Of a stretch of DNA of 46,352 nt, positions 24,055 through 33,423 are shown piece by piece. The stretch comes from Minisyncoccota bacterium. GTDB taxonomy: Bacteria; Patescibacteriota; Minisyncoccia; Phycocordibacterales; UBA9973. A program made the translations under genes and the position numbers. The DNA lies in NCBI GenBank assembly GCA_030157745.1, contig JAOAUE010000027.1, forward strand, positions 1,314 through 47,665. Direction: 5' to 3'. The stretch's first letter is position 1. Each line of letters opens with the position of its first letter. The notes beneath the pieces are model-generated. The model did not search any database. It was not told where the DNA came from and saw only the letters and a program-made list of their open reading frames with translations.

Positions 24055-25566
24055 ATGTTAAAAACTATTTCACTAAAAAACATCTCTCAAAGCTTCATGG
24101 AGCGAACAATCCTTGATGGAGCATCACTCAAGGTATCAGAAGGGCAACGGCTTTGTATCGTTGGCGAAAACGGCGCTGGCAAATCTACGCTTCTCAAAAT
24201 CATCGCTGGAGTACTAGAGCCGACAAAAGGCTCTCTGGAGAAAAACGGACACATCAGAGCGCACTATGTCCCACAAGAATACAGCAAAGAAAATCTAGGA
24301 AAGACTATCGGAGGGTATATCGATACCAATGCAGGCATATCACTTACTCCCAAGGTCTATCGCTTTGGCAAAATACTCGGATTTAATCTTGAGAAAAACG
24401 TAGACAAATACTGCCATGAGCTCTCCGGTGGACAACAAAAGATCCTAGCCATTAGTTGCGGACTTGCTGTTGCGCCTGACTTTTTACTTCTCGACGAACC
24501 AGAAAACCACCTCGACATCGTGAGTCGTAAAGAACTTGTAAGTCTTTTGCAAGAATATCGAGGAGGAGTACTCTTTGTATCTCACGATAGAACAATGATC
24601 GATAGTATTGCTGATAAAGTCGTCGAGGTTTTGGGTGGTAAAACTCACATTTCAGAAGGAGGGTATCAAGACTACATAGATACTAAACTCTCTCGTATAG
24701 AAGGCATGCAAAGAGAATACGAAAAAGAAGAGCGAAGGATAAGACAACTCCAAGCGGGTATCGGTATTCTAGAAGCGAAAGCATTTCGTGGTAAAGAGGT
24801 TTCGGCATATCAAAAAGCCAAGAAAGAGCTTGAAGAGCTCAAAGCAGATCACAAAGAAAAAGGTAGACCAGAAGACAAAAAAACAAAAGTAGTTCTACAA
24901 CAATCGGGCTCAAATATTCATGGGGGCAAATTGCTATGTCGAATAGATAATATATCTTTTGGCTATCCAAATACCAAGGGTGATATCATAAAAAACATCA
25001 GCTTAGATATTCGCAAAGGCAGTCACATAGTGCTCCTTGGACGAAATGGCTCTGGTAAGAGTACATTTCTAAAATGCTTGATGGGCAACCTATCACCAAA
25101 AGAGGGGAGTGTCTCGTGGGCAGAAGGTTTGAAGACTGCATACTTTGATCAGCATGCAGAATTTGATCCTCAGAAAAATGCATTTCAAATAGTTTGTGAT
25201 GAGCTACATGTGCCAGATCAAAAGGCCAGAGCTATCTTGGGTATGATGAAATTTTCCAAAGAAAAAATGGAAATAGTGACAAAGGATCTCTCGGGTGGAG
25301 AGCGTATGCGAATACGTTTTGCTCTAGTCTTTGGAGCTAATCCTGACTTTATCATCTTTGATGAGCCAACAAATCACCTCGATGAAGTCACTTGGGAAAT
25401 ACTCCTAGATGCCTGCAACAAGACGACGAGTACCATCCTCCTCGTGACACACGACCATGAATTTATAGCTGAGCTACAAAACAAAACATTCTGGCTTTTG
25501 AAAGGGCAACAGGTCAAAGAACGCGCTGCAGACCTAGAAGACTTGATAGAAGAGCTACGAAACTAA
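24055..25566 (+). CDS. ABC-F family ATPase (two ABC domains, no TM domain)
   Basis: Walker A motifs GENGAGKST and GRNGSGKST, signature motifs LSGGQQ and LSGGER, and a charged inter-domain linker. The tracked start at 24034 lies within the promoter. Confidence 0.85.
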   Translation: MLKTISLKNISQSFMERTILDGASLKVSEGQRLCIVGENGAGKSTLLKIIAGVLEPTKGSLEKNGHIRAHYVPQEYSKENLGKTIGGYIDTNAGISLTPKVYRFGKILGFNLEKNVDKYCHELSGGQQKILAISCGLAVAPDFLLLDEPENHLDIVSRKELVSLLQEYRGGVLFVSHDRTMIDSIADKVVEVLGGKTHISEGGYQDYIDTKLSRIEGMQREYEKEERRIRQLQAGIGILEAKAFRGKEVSAYQKAKKELEELKADHKEKGRPEDKKTKVVLQQSGSNIHGGKLLCRIDNISFGYPNTKGDIIKNISLDIRKGSHIVLLGRNGSGKSTFLKCLMGNLSPKEGSVSWAEGLKTAYFDQHAEFDPQKNAFQIVCDELHVPDQKARAILGMMKFSKEKMEIVTKDLSGGERMRIRFALVFGANPDFIIFDEPTNHLDEVTWEILLDACNKTTSTILLVTHDHEFIAELQNKTFWLLKGQQVKERAADLEDLIEELRN

Positions 25567-25605
25567 AGGTTTTTTGCTTTGTTTTAGTTATCCACAACTT
25601 TTTTC

Positions 25606-25634
25606 TTGCATGTGAACGATTGTTCACATATAAT
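25606..25634 (+). promoter_or_regulatory. promoter TTGCAT-N17-TATAAT with an embedded LexA (Cheo-type) box
   Basis: The palindrome TGTGAAC-GAT-TGTTCACA lies at 25611-25628. Its core GAAC-N4-GTTC at 25614-25625 fills the spacer exactly. Confidence 0.75.
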
Positions 25635-25672
25635 AAAATCATACAAGAATTAGTTATTATAGAGGGAAAAAT

Positions 25673-25864
25673 ATGACAACAACACAATATCAAAAAAGTT
25701 TACAAAGAGAACTAGCAACACTGAACCGCCGTATCGACATGATGATTATCAAGGGGCAGTCTTATGTATCAGAATCACGCAAGCACAAGATGCTCCTAAG
25801 ACAATTGCGCGCTATACAAGGACAAAGCTTCTTTAGTAGATTAACAACTTCACTGAGCTTTTAA
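25673..25864 (+). CDS. small protein of unknown function (63 aa), first gene of the lexA operon
   Basis: ORF track. A GAGGGA Shine-Dalgarno-like sequence precedes the ATG. The protein has a basic helical region and a hydrophobic C-terminus. Confidence 0.55.
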   Translation: MTTTQYQKSLQRELATLNRRIDMMIIKGQSYVSESRKHKMLLRQLRAIQGQSFFSRLTTSLSF

Positions 25865-25865
25865 C

Positions 25866-26054
25866 ATGTCTACAAGTCCACAATTTCGCCAAGCCATCAT
25901 AAAAAACTTGGAAAAGCTAAATTCCCTTAACTTCTCTATAACTCCACATGCTACACTAAATATGCATTTAGAAGATTATTCCAAGCATAGCTACCTCAGA
26001 AAACAAAAAAGTAGAGGTCTACTACGAACAATCTTTTTGCAAAAAGCTTTCTAA
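25866..26054 (+). CDS. small protein of unknown function (62 aa), second gene of the lexA operon
   Basis: ORF track. It starts 1 nt after the upstream stop and ends 2 nt before lexA. Confidence 0.5.
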   Translation: MSTSPQFRQAIIKNLEKLNSLNFSITPHATLNMHLEDYSKHSYLRKQKSRGLLRTIFLQKAF

Positions 26055-26056
26055 AA

Positions 26057-26620
26057 ATGACTGGCCCCATAGAACAACTAAAGAACTTCTACAATCGCGA
26101 AAAGCGTATGCCTAGTTATAGCGAGATGATGTCTCTCTTTGGCTTCAAATCCAAAAATGCTGTTTATCGTTTGGTCCAAAAAATGCTAAGTGCTGGAGCA
26201 GTAGAACAAGACCACTTGGGTAGACTTTTGCCGACTTCTATATTTAGTGAGATCCCTATGGGTGGTCTTGTAAAAGCCGGACTTCCATCAACAGTGGACC
26301 CCCAGACTGAAAGCATAAATCTAAACGACCTCCTTATAAGCAAGAAAAACGAAACATATCTACTCGAAGTAGATGGGGATTCTATGATAGAAGCTCATAT
26401 CGAACCAGGAGATATGGTAGTAGTAGAGCGTACCCAAAATGCTAGAGAAGGAGACATAGTCATCGCTATGGTAGATAGAGAGTACACTATGAAATACTTC
26501 CGCAAAGAAAAATCAGGTAAAATATATCTAGAACCAGCTAACAAAAACTACAAAAACATTTATCCTACAGAATCTCTAGAAATAGTGGGTGTAGTAAAGG
26601 GTGTGGTTAGAAAATACTAA
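26057..26620 (+). CDS. lexA: LexA repressor (S24 peptidase)
   Basis: The N-terminal wHTH is followed by VDGDSM (catalytic Ser) and TMKYF (catalytic Lys) in the C-terminal domain. Confidence 0.9.
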   Translation: MTGPIEQLKNFYNREKRMPSYSEMMSLFGFKSKNAVYRLVQKMLSAGAVEQDHLGRLLPTSIFSEIPMGGLVKAGLPSTVDPQTESINLNDLLISKKNETYLLEVDGDSMIEAHIEPGDMVVVERTQNAREGDIVIAMVDREYTMKYFRKEKSGKIYLEPANKNYKNIYPTESLEIVGVVKGVVRKY

Positions 26621-26623
26621 AAT

Positions 26624-26644
26624 AAAAAGCCCGTGAGGGCTTTT
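26624..26644. terminator. bidirectional terminator after lexA
   Basis: AAAGCCC-GTGA-GGGCTTT with flanking A- and T-runs. Confidence 0.7.
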
Positions 26645-26645
26645 G

Positions 26646-26894
26646 TTACTTATGTTCCAAAAAATACTTTTTCTGCTTTTCTGTCGGTTTGCCTTTGTAA
26701 AACAAACCATCCGGAGATGAGCCAAACGGCACTCTCTCAATAGTAAGATACGCAGTATCCTGACCAATAATAGCTACAGGAGTCTTAGAGGGGCTTTCAG
26801 GTGGTATAACAACAACTTTTGGCGTAGGGTTTTTGATAACAATAATTGTAGCTATCAAGCAGATTAAAATGCTGTATAACGGCAGATTTTTCAT
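26646..26894 (-). CDS. small membrane-anchored protein (82 aa)
   Basis: ORF track. The N-terminal TM or signal segment is LPLYSILICLIATIIVI. Confidence 0.45.
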   Translation of the reverse strand: MKNLPLYSILICLIATIIVIKNPTPKVVVIPPESPSKTPVAIIGQDTAYLTIERVPFGSSPDGLFYKGKPTEKQKKYFLEHK

Positions 26895-26953
26895 GTTTTT
26901 TTATTAAAGAATAACACTTTTAAAACCTTGGTCAATAGAAATACCAAATACTC

Positions 26954-27850
26954 TTATTGTGCTGTGTTCAAGCCAAGCTCTTGTATATATGGGGCAAGAA
27001 CATCGCTTATATGTCTTTGGTTCAAAGTCATTTGATATGGGTTTTCTGCGAGCTTTTTCCATGGCGCAAGCTCTCCAAATGGATACTGCCCAAAGACTAT
27101 AACCGGAGTGCCCTTTTGTATTATTTCATTTCCGTCACCCGACAATGTCCATTGATCTGCCCAATCATAAAACCACATTGCGTCTTTTGCAGAAAATCGT
27201 ATACATGAGTGACTAGCAGGATAGCCAGGAAGCTCATATTCGTGGATACCTATACCGCCAAGATTATCGATATTGAAGTTCCATTTGAGTATCCATTCAT
27301 CATTTGATGTGCTGATGACCTCTTTGCCTTTCCAGTTGGTATGAAAAAGGCCGTTTGGAGTTGGGGTAGACTTTTTGCCAGTGCTGATACCACCAAAGCG
27401 CACCAAAGTGCCATACTCATAAGCTCCAAATTCTTGAGAACCTTGCGCAACAAATAAAATCTTTGGAATATCTATAAGCTCTGGAATACTCCTAGGAAAA
27501 GAAGACAAAGCAAAAAGGTCGTCATATCGAGTTGGATAAACTATCACCATACCTTTTTGAAAATGCTTTTCATCTATCCTGTTGAGTGAAAGCACAGCCT
27601 CAATATTTTCAAAACCCACCACTTCAGTTACCTCCTTGCCTGGCTGATCGGAAGAGGTCACTATTTTTAAGTAAGTAAGTGGTAAGATTTCTGGCTCTTG
27701 TGGTTTCGGTACCTCTGGTGTTGGGACAACCTCTCTAGGAGACTTTGGTGAAAAATCAAAGCTTTTCTGAGAAAAGACATAGCCAGCAACGCCTAAAGCC
27801 ACCAAAATAGCCGGGACAAGTATCGAGAGAAGATTATTTTTACGGGTCAT
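26954..27850 (-). CDS. L,D-transpeptidase (YkuD domain)
   Basis: GIGIHEYELPGYPASHSCIRFSAKDAMWFYDW contains the H...SxGC(I/V)R-type catalytic motif. There is an N-terminal TM anchor. Confidence 0.8.
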   Translation of the reverse strand: MTRKNNLLSILVPAILVALGVAGYVFSQKSFDFSPKSPREVVPTPEVPKPQEPEILPLTYLKIVTSSDQPGKEVTEVVGFENIEAVLSLNRIDEKHFQKGMVIVYPTRYDDLFALSSFPRSIPELIDIPKILFVAQGSQEFGAYEYGTLVRFGGISTGKKSTPTPNGLFHTNWKGKEVISTSNDEWILKWNFNIDNLGGIGIHEYELPGYPASHSCIRFSAKDAMWFYDWADQWTLSGDGNEIIQKGTPVIVFGQYPFGELAPWKKLAENPYQMTLNQRHISDVLAPYIQELGLNTAQ

Positions 27851-27897
27851 GATTGGTAGTATTGTATAGCAAATTAGTAAGGTATAATAGTACCTAT

Positions 27898-28650
27898 ATG
27901 AAATTGATCACATTAAACACTTGGGCCGGTAGACTAAAAGAGCCTTTTGAAAAGTTTTTGAAAGAAAAAATGTCTGATACTGATATTTTTTGTTTTCAAG
28001 AGATTTTCAATGACCTTGATGAGGAACTAGAAACAAATATTGATGAGCGTGGGCGCAACAAACATATCTTGAAAGAAATTACTGAAATCCTTATAGATTA
28101 CAACGCTTATTTTTGTCCTGTTATAGAAAATGTTTATGGTATCGCTATTTTCCTAAAAAAAGGATTTGAGGTTATAGCTAGTGGAGAGGTTATGCTTTAT
28201 GAGAATCCTGCGTTTACTTCTACAAGAGATGGGGTAGACCATACACGAAAAATGCAATGGATCCATATAAAACATGGACGCAAAGATGTCATGATCATGA
28301 ATGTTCATGGACACTGGAGCCCAGAAGGAAGGAGAGATAATGAAAATAGGATAGAGCAATCAAAAGCGATTAAATCATTCATTGAAACAACAGGGAATAC
28401 ACCCAAAATAATGGTTGGTGATTTCAACTTACTTCCTGAAACAGAAAGTATCAAAATGCTTGAAGAACACTTTATCAACCTTATAACTAAATACAACATA
28501 TCAACAACTTGGACTGAGCTGGCGAAAGAAAACGATAAACACGCAGACTACGCCTTTGTTTCTGACGAAATCTTGGTAGAAGGCTTCGAGGCTTTGCCAG
28601 ACGTAGTCTCAGATCACGTGCCTCTAGCTCTACAATTTGACGTATTTTAG
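27898..28650 (+). CDS. endonuclease/exonuclease/phosphatase (EEP) family protein
   Basis: MKLITLNTW, FCFQEI, GDFNLLPET and SDHVPL motifs. Start moved to the ATG at 27898; a TATAAT box lies at 27883-27888. Confidence 0.8.
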   Translation: MKLITLNTWAGRLKEPFEKFLKEKMSDTDIFCFQEIFNDLDEELETNIDERGRNKHILKEITEILIDYNAYFCPVIENVYGIAIFLKKGFEVIASGEVMLYENPAFTSTRDGVDHTRKMQWIHIKHGRKDVMIMNVHGHWSPEGRRDNENRIEQSKAIKSFIETTGNTPKIMVGDFNLLPETESIKMLEEHFINLITKYNISTTWTELAKENDKHADYAFVSDEILVEGFEALPDVVSDHVPLALQFDVF

Positions 28651-28712
28651 TATATGTTGCCTAGTAAAAGATAGCGGAAGAAACTCCAAATTTTGGAGTA
28701 GTATGTGACTAT

Positions 28713-29114
28713 ATGGAAAATATAACTAACAAAACACTTCTCACAGCCATGATAATCCTTGGTGTCGTTATAGCGCTTATGATCGTACCTCTATATCCCA
28801 AGAGCTATGTGGGTACACGTAGTCTAGGAGCAAACGCTTTTGATAGTTTTGGCACGAACCAAAACAATGCAAATCTTGGTATATACATGAATACTAACTA
28901 TGGTGTTTCCGATTTTAGAACAAGTAATACTCGCACCATAACAGAAACAAACTCTGTACCAACCACAAACAAGACTTATTACTACACCACATATGAAAAC
29001 ACTCCAAACCTACCAGATGAAACTGGGTACGGATACTACGGCGAAGGTTATGTGCCAGCCGGATGTGAAAGCGGTGTTGACTACAGTCTAACTACAGGCG
29101 AGCCTTGCGGATAA
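28713..29114 (+). CDS. membrane-anchored N/T/Y-rich protein with a Cys-bracketed C-terminal motif
   Basis: ORF track. It has an N-terminal TM and a low-complexity middle section. The C-terminus reads GCESGVDYSLTTGEPCG. Confidence 0.45.
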   Translation: MENITNKTLLTAMIILGVVIALMIVPLYPKSYVGTRSLGANAFDSFGTNQNNANLGIYMNTNYGVSDFRTSNTRTITETNSVPTTNKTYYYTTYENTPNLPDETGYGYYGEGYVPAGCESGVDYSLTTGEPCG

Positions 29115-29177
29115 ACTAAAGTTTGACAAAACGTATTAAGGATGTAGTATTGTCTCAAACAAAAAAACACCTTTAAT

Positions 29178-29471
29178 ATGAATAGCATAATCTTTGACAT
29201 CGTTAACGAAAACGGAAATTCTTTCTACCTTGTTTCAGCAAAAGAAAATCTGAACTTAAACCTAACAGTTTTTGAAAACCCAAAAATAACAAGAGAGGAA
29301 GAGGTTCAAACAGAAGAACTTCCTGGGTCTTTCAGAGGAGAGGTTAGAAAAATATTTGATAATCAACTCAATACTATTTCCCATGGTTTCTATGGGGAAA
29401 CTCTTTCAGAACAAAGGATTGAGCTTTTTTTCCAAATTTTGGAAAGACTCAAAAAAACTGAAGCTGTCTGA
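29178..29471 (+). CDS. hypothetical protein (97 aa)
   Basis: ORF track, TGA stop, with a terminator hairpin at 29488-29517. Confidence 0.45.
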   Translation: MNSIIFDIVNENGNSFYLVSAKENLNLNLTVFENPKITREEEVQTEELPGSFRGEVRKIFDNQLNTISHGFYGETLSEQRIELFFQILERLKKTEAV

Positions 29472-29787
29472 TAAAAAGTTAAAAACAAAGCCCCGACAAT
29501 TGCCGGGGATTTTTTTATTTTTAGGCAGGGAAGTGGTAAAAAGGAAAAAAGGACAAAGGCCTCAAAAAAGGCTTTTTGTATTTTAAAGTGGTAAATATGT
29601 CAGGGAATTAAAATAAAAAATTTCTGCTTCGAACAGGAAATAATGATGACTGTCTACCACAATCAAAAATAAGCCCGAGGGAAGTGCTCTTTATAGAATA
29701 AGGCTATTTCGCCCCATACAGTGTCGTAAAAGATATATTGTGCGACACTATATAGTTTAAAGGGTGCATCCCCTCAACTAGACAAAA

Positions 29788-30597
29788 CTACTGAAATGCT
29801 GTGATACAACTATTGAATCTTCGCACTTCTTGATTATAAATATTTATCTTTTGTTTTGATGCCACCAACTTTGCATTATAAGCATCTACTTTTGCGTTGA
29901 ATGTTTCTATCATTGATTGGTAAGAACTTTGATTTTGAGCTCCTGGAGCTTCAAGAGACTTTTTGAGGTTTATGATTATCCCCTCCTCTGCCTTTAATTC
30001 GCGGTTTAGAGCGTCTATGGACGCCTTTAGGTTTGTATCTATGCTTGGGCAAACAATACGACTAGTGCCAAAGTGTTGTACTGCAAACCAGACATTTTTG
30101 CCTTCGTACTTTGCGTACTTTACTGAAACACCAATCTCTTGATATTTAGAGCTCAAAATATTTGCGCGGTGGCCTGGGCTATTCATCCATGCATCGACTA
30201 TTTCTTTGGCGCTTGAAAAATTTCCAAGAGCAAGATTTTCTCCCATAACTACATACTGATAACCTACCTTTGTTCCGAGATCAGAAACACCATCACCATT
30301 TGGTGAGTTGTGTTCAAAGTATTGAAGATCAATCATGTCTTGAGTTTTTATATCAGAAGATTCATTCAATTTTTCATTGATAGAAAGTGGTGGGAGCCCT
30401 TCTAGAACTCTTTGTTTGTTGGTTTCTTCAATAATGTCAGTGATGATAATATCTGGCTCTTCTTTTATGGTACCGATGGTCTTAATAGTAGAAAAAACCT
30501 TATAAGTCTTCAAGTTTAGACTGTTATTAAAATACTGACTAAAAGCCCAACCGCCTAAGACAAATATAGATAAGATTGTAAGAAATTTTTTCAACAT
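29788..30597 (-). CDS. CAP/SCP (YkwD-like) domain secreted protein
   Basis: Starting at 30597 (MLKKFLTILSIFVLGG) gives a signal or anchor segment. The CAP-domain pattern is FEHNSPNG ... MGENLA ... AWMNSPGHRANIL ... GV. Confidence 0.8.
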   Translation of the reverse strand: MLKKFLTILSIFVLGGWAFSQYFNNSLNLKTYKVFSTIKTIGTIKEEPDIIITDIIEETNKQRVLEGLPPLSINEKLNESSDIKTQDMIDLQYFEHNSPNGDGVSDLGTKVGYQYVVMGENLALGNFSSAKEIVDAWMNSPGHRANILSSKYQEIGVSVKYAKYEGKNVWFAVQHFGTSRIVCPSIDTNLKASIDALNRELKAEEGIIINLKKSLEAPGAQNQSSYQSMIETFNAKVDAYNAKLVASKQKINIYNQEVRRFNSCITAFQ

Positions 30598-31010
30598 GAT
30601 CCTTTTGTATACCCTTGTAGAGTAGCATCTTCTACGCTTTGAAACCAAATATAATTTTCTGGTTTTATCCTATTTGTAGCTGAACAACCTGGAGTATAGT
30701 ACTTGGTGCCATTTTTTGATCCAACATAAATACCCTTTTTTGATTGATCGGTAATTTCTGAATTGTTTACATTGTTATTTTGGCCCTGAACTTCACTTGT
30801 ATCTATATTGCTTTGAGATAAATCCTTTTGTACCCCAAGAACTTTTTGTTGAGATAAGGTCTCTTCTTGGCAAGAAAATACAATACCACCATTAGATACT
30901 GCCCTTTTTTGGGAAGCGGTTTGATACCCTAAAATATAAGAAAGTATAGCGAGTAAAAGCACAAAAAATACAAACAAGGTTTGATAGTATTTTTGGACAA
31001 AAGACTTCAT
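30591..31010 (-). CDS. membrane-anchored protein with a C-terminal Cys-pair domain (Ada-Zn-like / sunset-type)
   Basis: From the ATG at 31010 (MKSFVQKYY) there is a TM segment. The C-terminus reads YVGSKNGTKYYTPGCSATNRIKPENYIWFQSVEDATLQGYTKGSC. The family assignment is tentative. Confidence 0.5.
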   Translation of the reverse strand: MKSFVQKYYQTLFVFFVLLLAILSYILGYQTASQKRAVSNGGIVFSCQEETLSQQKVLGVQKDLSQSNIDTSEVQGQNNNVNNSEITDQSKKGIYVGSKNGTKYYTPGCSATNRIKPENYIWFQSVEDATLQGYTKGSC

Positions 31011-31118
31011 ATAAAACCTATTATACCCTTTTAAAACATACAAAATAAGCCCCTATTCCCCACCCTTTTGAGCTATATTGACAAAAACATACTCTAAGGT
31101 AGAAATACCCCTATTTTG

Positions 31119-31147
31119 TTGACATTGGAGCTTATTTGATATATTAT
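31119..31147 (+). promoter_or_regulatory. rpmA promoter TTGACA-N17-TATTAT
   Basis: Read directly. A second TTGACA at 31078 has a poor -10 box. Confidence 0.5.
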
Positions 31148-31178
31148 TGTGGTCTAATAAAAATTATTACTTACATAT

Positions 31179-31457
31179 ATGGCACATAAGAAACAAGGAG
31201 CGGCATCGAAAAACCTAAAAGATTCAAATCCACAGTACCTCGGTACCAAGATTTATGATGGAGGCAAAGCAACAGCTGGTGCTATCATTGTGCGCCAAAG
31301 AGGAACAAAAATCCTAGCTGGAACAAACGTTGGACTAGGAAAAGACCACACTTTGTTTGCTCTCAAAGAAGGAACTGTGAAGTTCACAAACAAAAGAAAG
31401 CTGAACTTTGATGGAACAACTTCTACTCGCAAAGCAGCTCACATAATAACAAAATAA
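31179..31457 (+). CDS. rpmA: 50S ribosomal protein L27
   Basis: [12 protein letters not shown]...[28 protein letters not shown]. Confidence 0.95.
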   Translation: MAHKKQGAASKNLKDSNPQYLGTKIYDGGKATAGAIIVRQRGTKILAGTNVGLGKDHTLFALKEGTVKFTNKRKLNFDGTTSTRKAAHIITK

Positions 31458-31460
31458 ATA

Positions 31461-31491
31461 AAAATCTCTGAGGTAAGTCTCAGAGATTTTT
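31461..31491. terminator. bidirectional terminator between the convergent rpmA and rplI
   Basis: AAATCTCTGAG / CTCAGAGATTT stem. Confidence 0.75.
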
Positions 31492-31927
31492 ATTTTGTGA
31501 TAGATAGAGTGATTTCTTTTTTATAAGCTCCTTCTACTATTTGTATTTTGTACTCCCCTGTTTCTTTTATTGGTTTTGTTAAGATAATATTTTTAGCAGA
31601 GAGATTTATTCGTTTTTTGGACAGCGCATCGACTATCTCGTCTTCACCTATACTTGAGAAAAGGTGCCCCTTTTCATTTGCCTTTACAGAGATAGACAAA
31701 GTCTCTTCTGGTAAGCTCTTGATAGCTGACTCTAAAAGCCCGTGCTCCAAATCTTTGCGTGCTTTAGTTGAAGATATTTTTCGATTTAGTGCTTCTATGT
31801 TTTTTGCAGTAGCAGGTATAGCCTTTTTTGAAGGGAAAAGAACGTTGTCTGCGTATCCTCCAGCAACTTCGACTATCTCATCTTTTTTCCCAACCTTATT
31901 TATATTTTGTATTAAGATAACTTTCAT
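31490..31927 (-). CDS. rplI: 50S ribosomal protein L9
   Basis: MKVILIQNINKVGKKDEIVEVAGGYADNVLFPSKKA. Confidence 0.9.
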   Translation of the reverse strand: MKVILIQNINKVGKKDEIVEVAGGYADNVLFPSKKAIPATAKNIEALNRKISSTKARKDLEHGLLESAIKSLPEETLSISVKANEKGHLFSSIGEDEIVDALSKKRINLSAKNIILTKPIKETGEYKIQIVEGAYKKEITLSITK

Positions 31928-31933
31928 GTTAGT

Positions 31934-33169
31934 TTATTTTTTTGCTACATAATCAATAGCTTGCTTAAGTTCTATATCATTTTCTATATCTTTATTTTGG
32001 TCAACTAAAACAGTAGGTGTTAACCCGCTATCTGATATAGAAACACCTTTTGGTGTATACCATTTTGCAACTGTTATTTTGATAGAGGTACTTGGTGTTA
32101 GTTTCATCAATTCTTGAACCGAACCTTTACCAAAAGTCTTCTCCCCTAGTAGGGTAGCTACTCCGTGCTCAGAAAGCGCTCCAGCAAGTATCTCTGATGC
32201 AGAAGCAGAACCTTTGTTGACCAAGATAGCCATCTTGATTTTATTTTTGAAAATACCTGGGCCTGTGCTTTTGTGCAAAACAAGGTCCTCATCTGTTTTA
32301 CCTATTTCTTTAACTACGACCTCTCCTTGTGGCAAAAACCAACTAGCCATAGAAACCGCTGCTTCTAGATATCCGCCAGGATTGTTTCTGAGATCAAGCA
32401 CCAACCTGTCATAACCAGAATCAACAAATTCTTGTAAAGCCTTCCTAAAGAGCTCTGGTGACTGCGCAGAAAAACTATAGAGCTTAATAACAAACACTCC
32501 TTGGGCTTCGTGTTTTTCAACATCAACTGTTGGGATAGAGATCTTGGCGCGAGTCATAGAAATCTCTTTGGGAGTGCCTAGCCCATCTCGAACTATAGTT
32601 ATAGAAACATCAGTCCCTGGCTCTCCTCTTATAAGATCAACCGCATTGTCGACACTCATATCAGAACTAAGCTTGTCTCCTATCTTTACTATCTTGTCCC
32701 CGGCCATGATACCCGCTCTATAAGCAGGAGTGTTTTTCAGTGGAGCTACAACAGTTAACACTCCGTCTTTTTGTGCCATTTCCATACCGACACCACCAAA
32801 CTCACCAGAGATTTGAGTTTCAAAATTCTTGGTTTCTTCCGGATCAAAAAATGTTGTGTAGGGATCACCAAAAGAAGCAAGGAGTCCTTTTATCGCGCCA
32901 TATAGATGCTCCTCATTGCTAGTTTTGCCAGCCTCAGGGTACTTTTCTTTGACTAGTTGCCACGCTCGCCAAAAAGGCTCAAAGTCTGTTGTTTGAAGAT
33001 TTGGAACAGTGGAGTCCTTGTTTACTATATCTACTATCTTCTTTGATGCGGGTCTATTTTCATAGCCAACATAAACACCGATCAAAAATATACCAGCTAG
33101 GGCAACAATCCCTACCAATATTCTAGCTCCTAGATGAATATGATTTTTGTGTATTTGTTCGTTTTCCAT
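31934..33169 (-). CDS. S41 family C-terminal processing peptidase with a PDZ domain
   Basis: PDZ-like GIMAGDKIVKIGDK, the LDLRNNPGG motif, the SASASEI catalytic Ser region, and GxxTFGKG. The ATG at 33169 is preferred over the TTG at 33178. Confidence 0.85.
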   Translation of the reverse strand: MENEQIHKNHIHLGARILVGIVALAGIFLIGVYVGYENRPASKKIVDIVNKDSTVPNLQTTDFEPFWRAWQLVKEKYPEAGKTSNEEHLYGAIKGLLASFGDPYTTFFDPEETKNFETQISGEFGGVGMEMAQKDGVLTVVAPLKNTPAYRAGIMAGDKIVKIGDKLSSDMSVDNAVDLIRGEPGTDVSITIVRDGLGTPKEISMTRAKISIPTVDVEKHEAQGVFVIKLYSFSAQSPELFRKALQEFVDSGYDRLVLDLRNNPGGYLEAAVSMASWFLPQGEVVVKEIGKTDEDLVLHKSTGPGIFKNKIKMAILVNKGSASASEILAGALSEHGVATLLGEKTFGKGSVQELMKLTPSTSIKITVAKWYTPKGVSISDSGLTPTVLVDQNKDIENDIELKQAIDYVAKK

Positions 33170-33170
33170 A

Positions 33171-33386
33171 TTAACCAATGAATGTTCCTTGCTGGCCTTC
33201 TATTCTTTTTAATTTCAGGCGCAAAATCCTTACACCTTTTTTTATAGACAGCACAAGAGCGAGACTTACAAGACCAACAGCAAAAAGTATTATATTTTTT
33301 ATAGTTCTAGGTAGCCCCAATAAAGGTAGCGCGGTGATCAAAATACTATTGAATATTAGTAGTTTTATTTTGCCATTCATAGACAT
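33171..33386 (-). CDS. small two-TM membrane protein
   Basis: ORF track; hydrophobic profile only. Confidence 0.4.
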   Translation of the reverse strand: MSMNGKIKLLIFNSILITALPLLGLPRTIKNIILFAVGLVSLALVLSIKKGVRILRLKLKRIEGQQGTFIG

Positions 33387-33423
33387 GTATTATACCAAAA
33401 TAGTTGCAAAATGTAACTTTGAG

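Noticed and set aside
29356-29586. 76-aa + strand ORF overlapping the end of 29178..29471 and running across its terminator.
   Set aside because: It is out of frame with a better-supported ORF, reads through a hairpin and T-run, and has a K/R-rich low-complexity translation.
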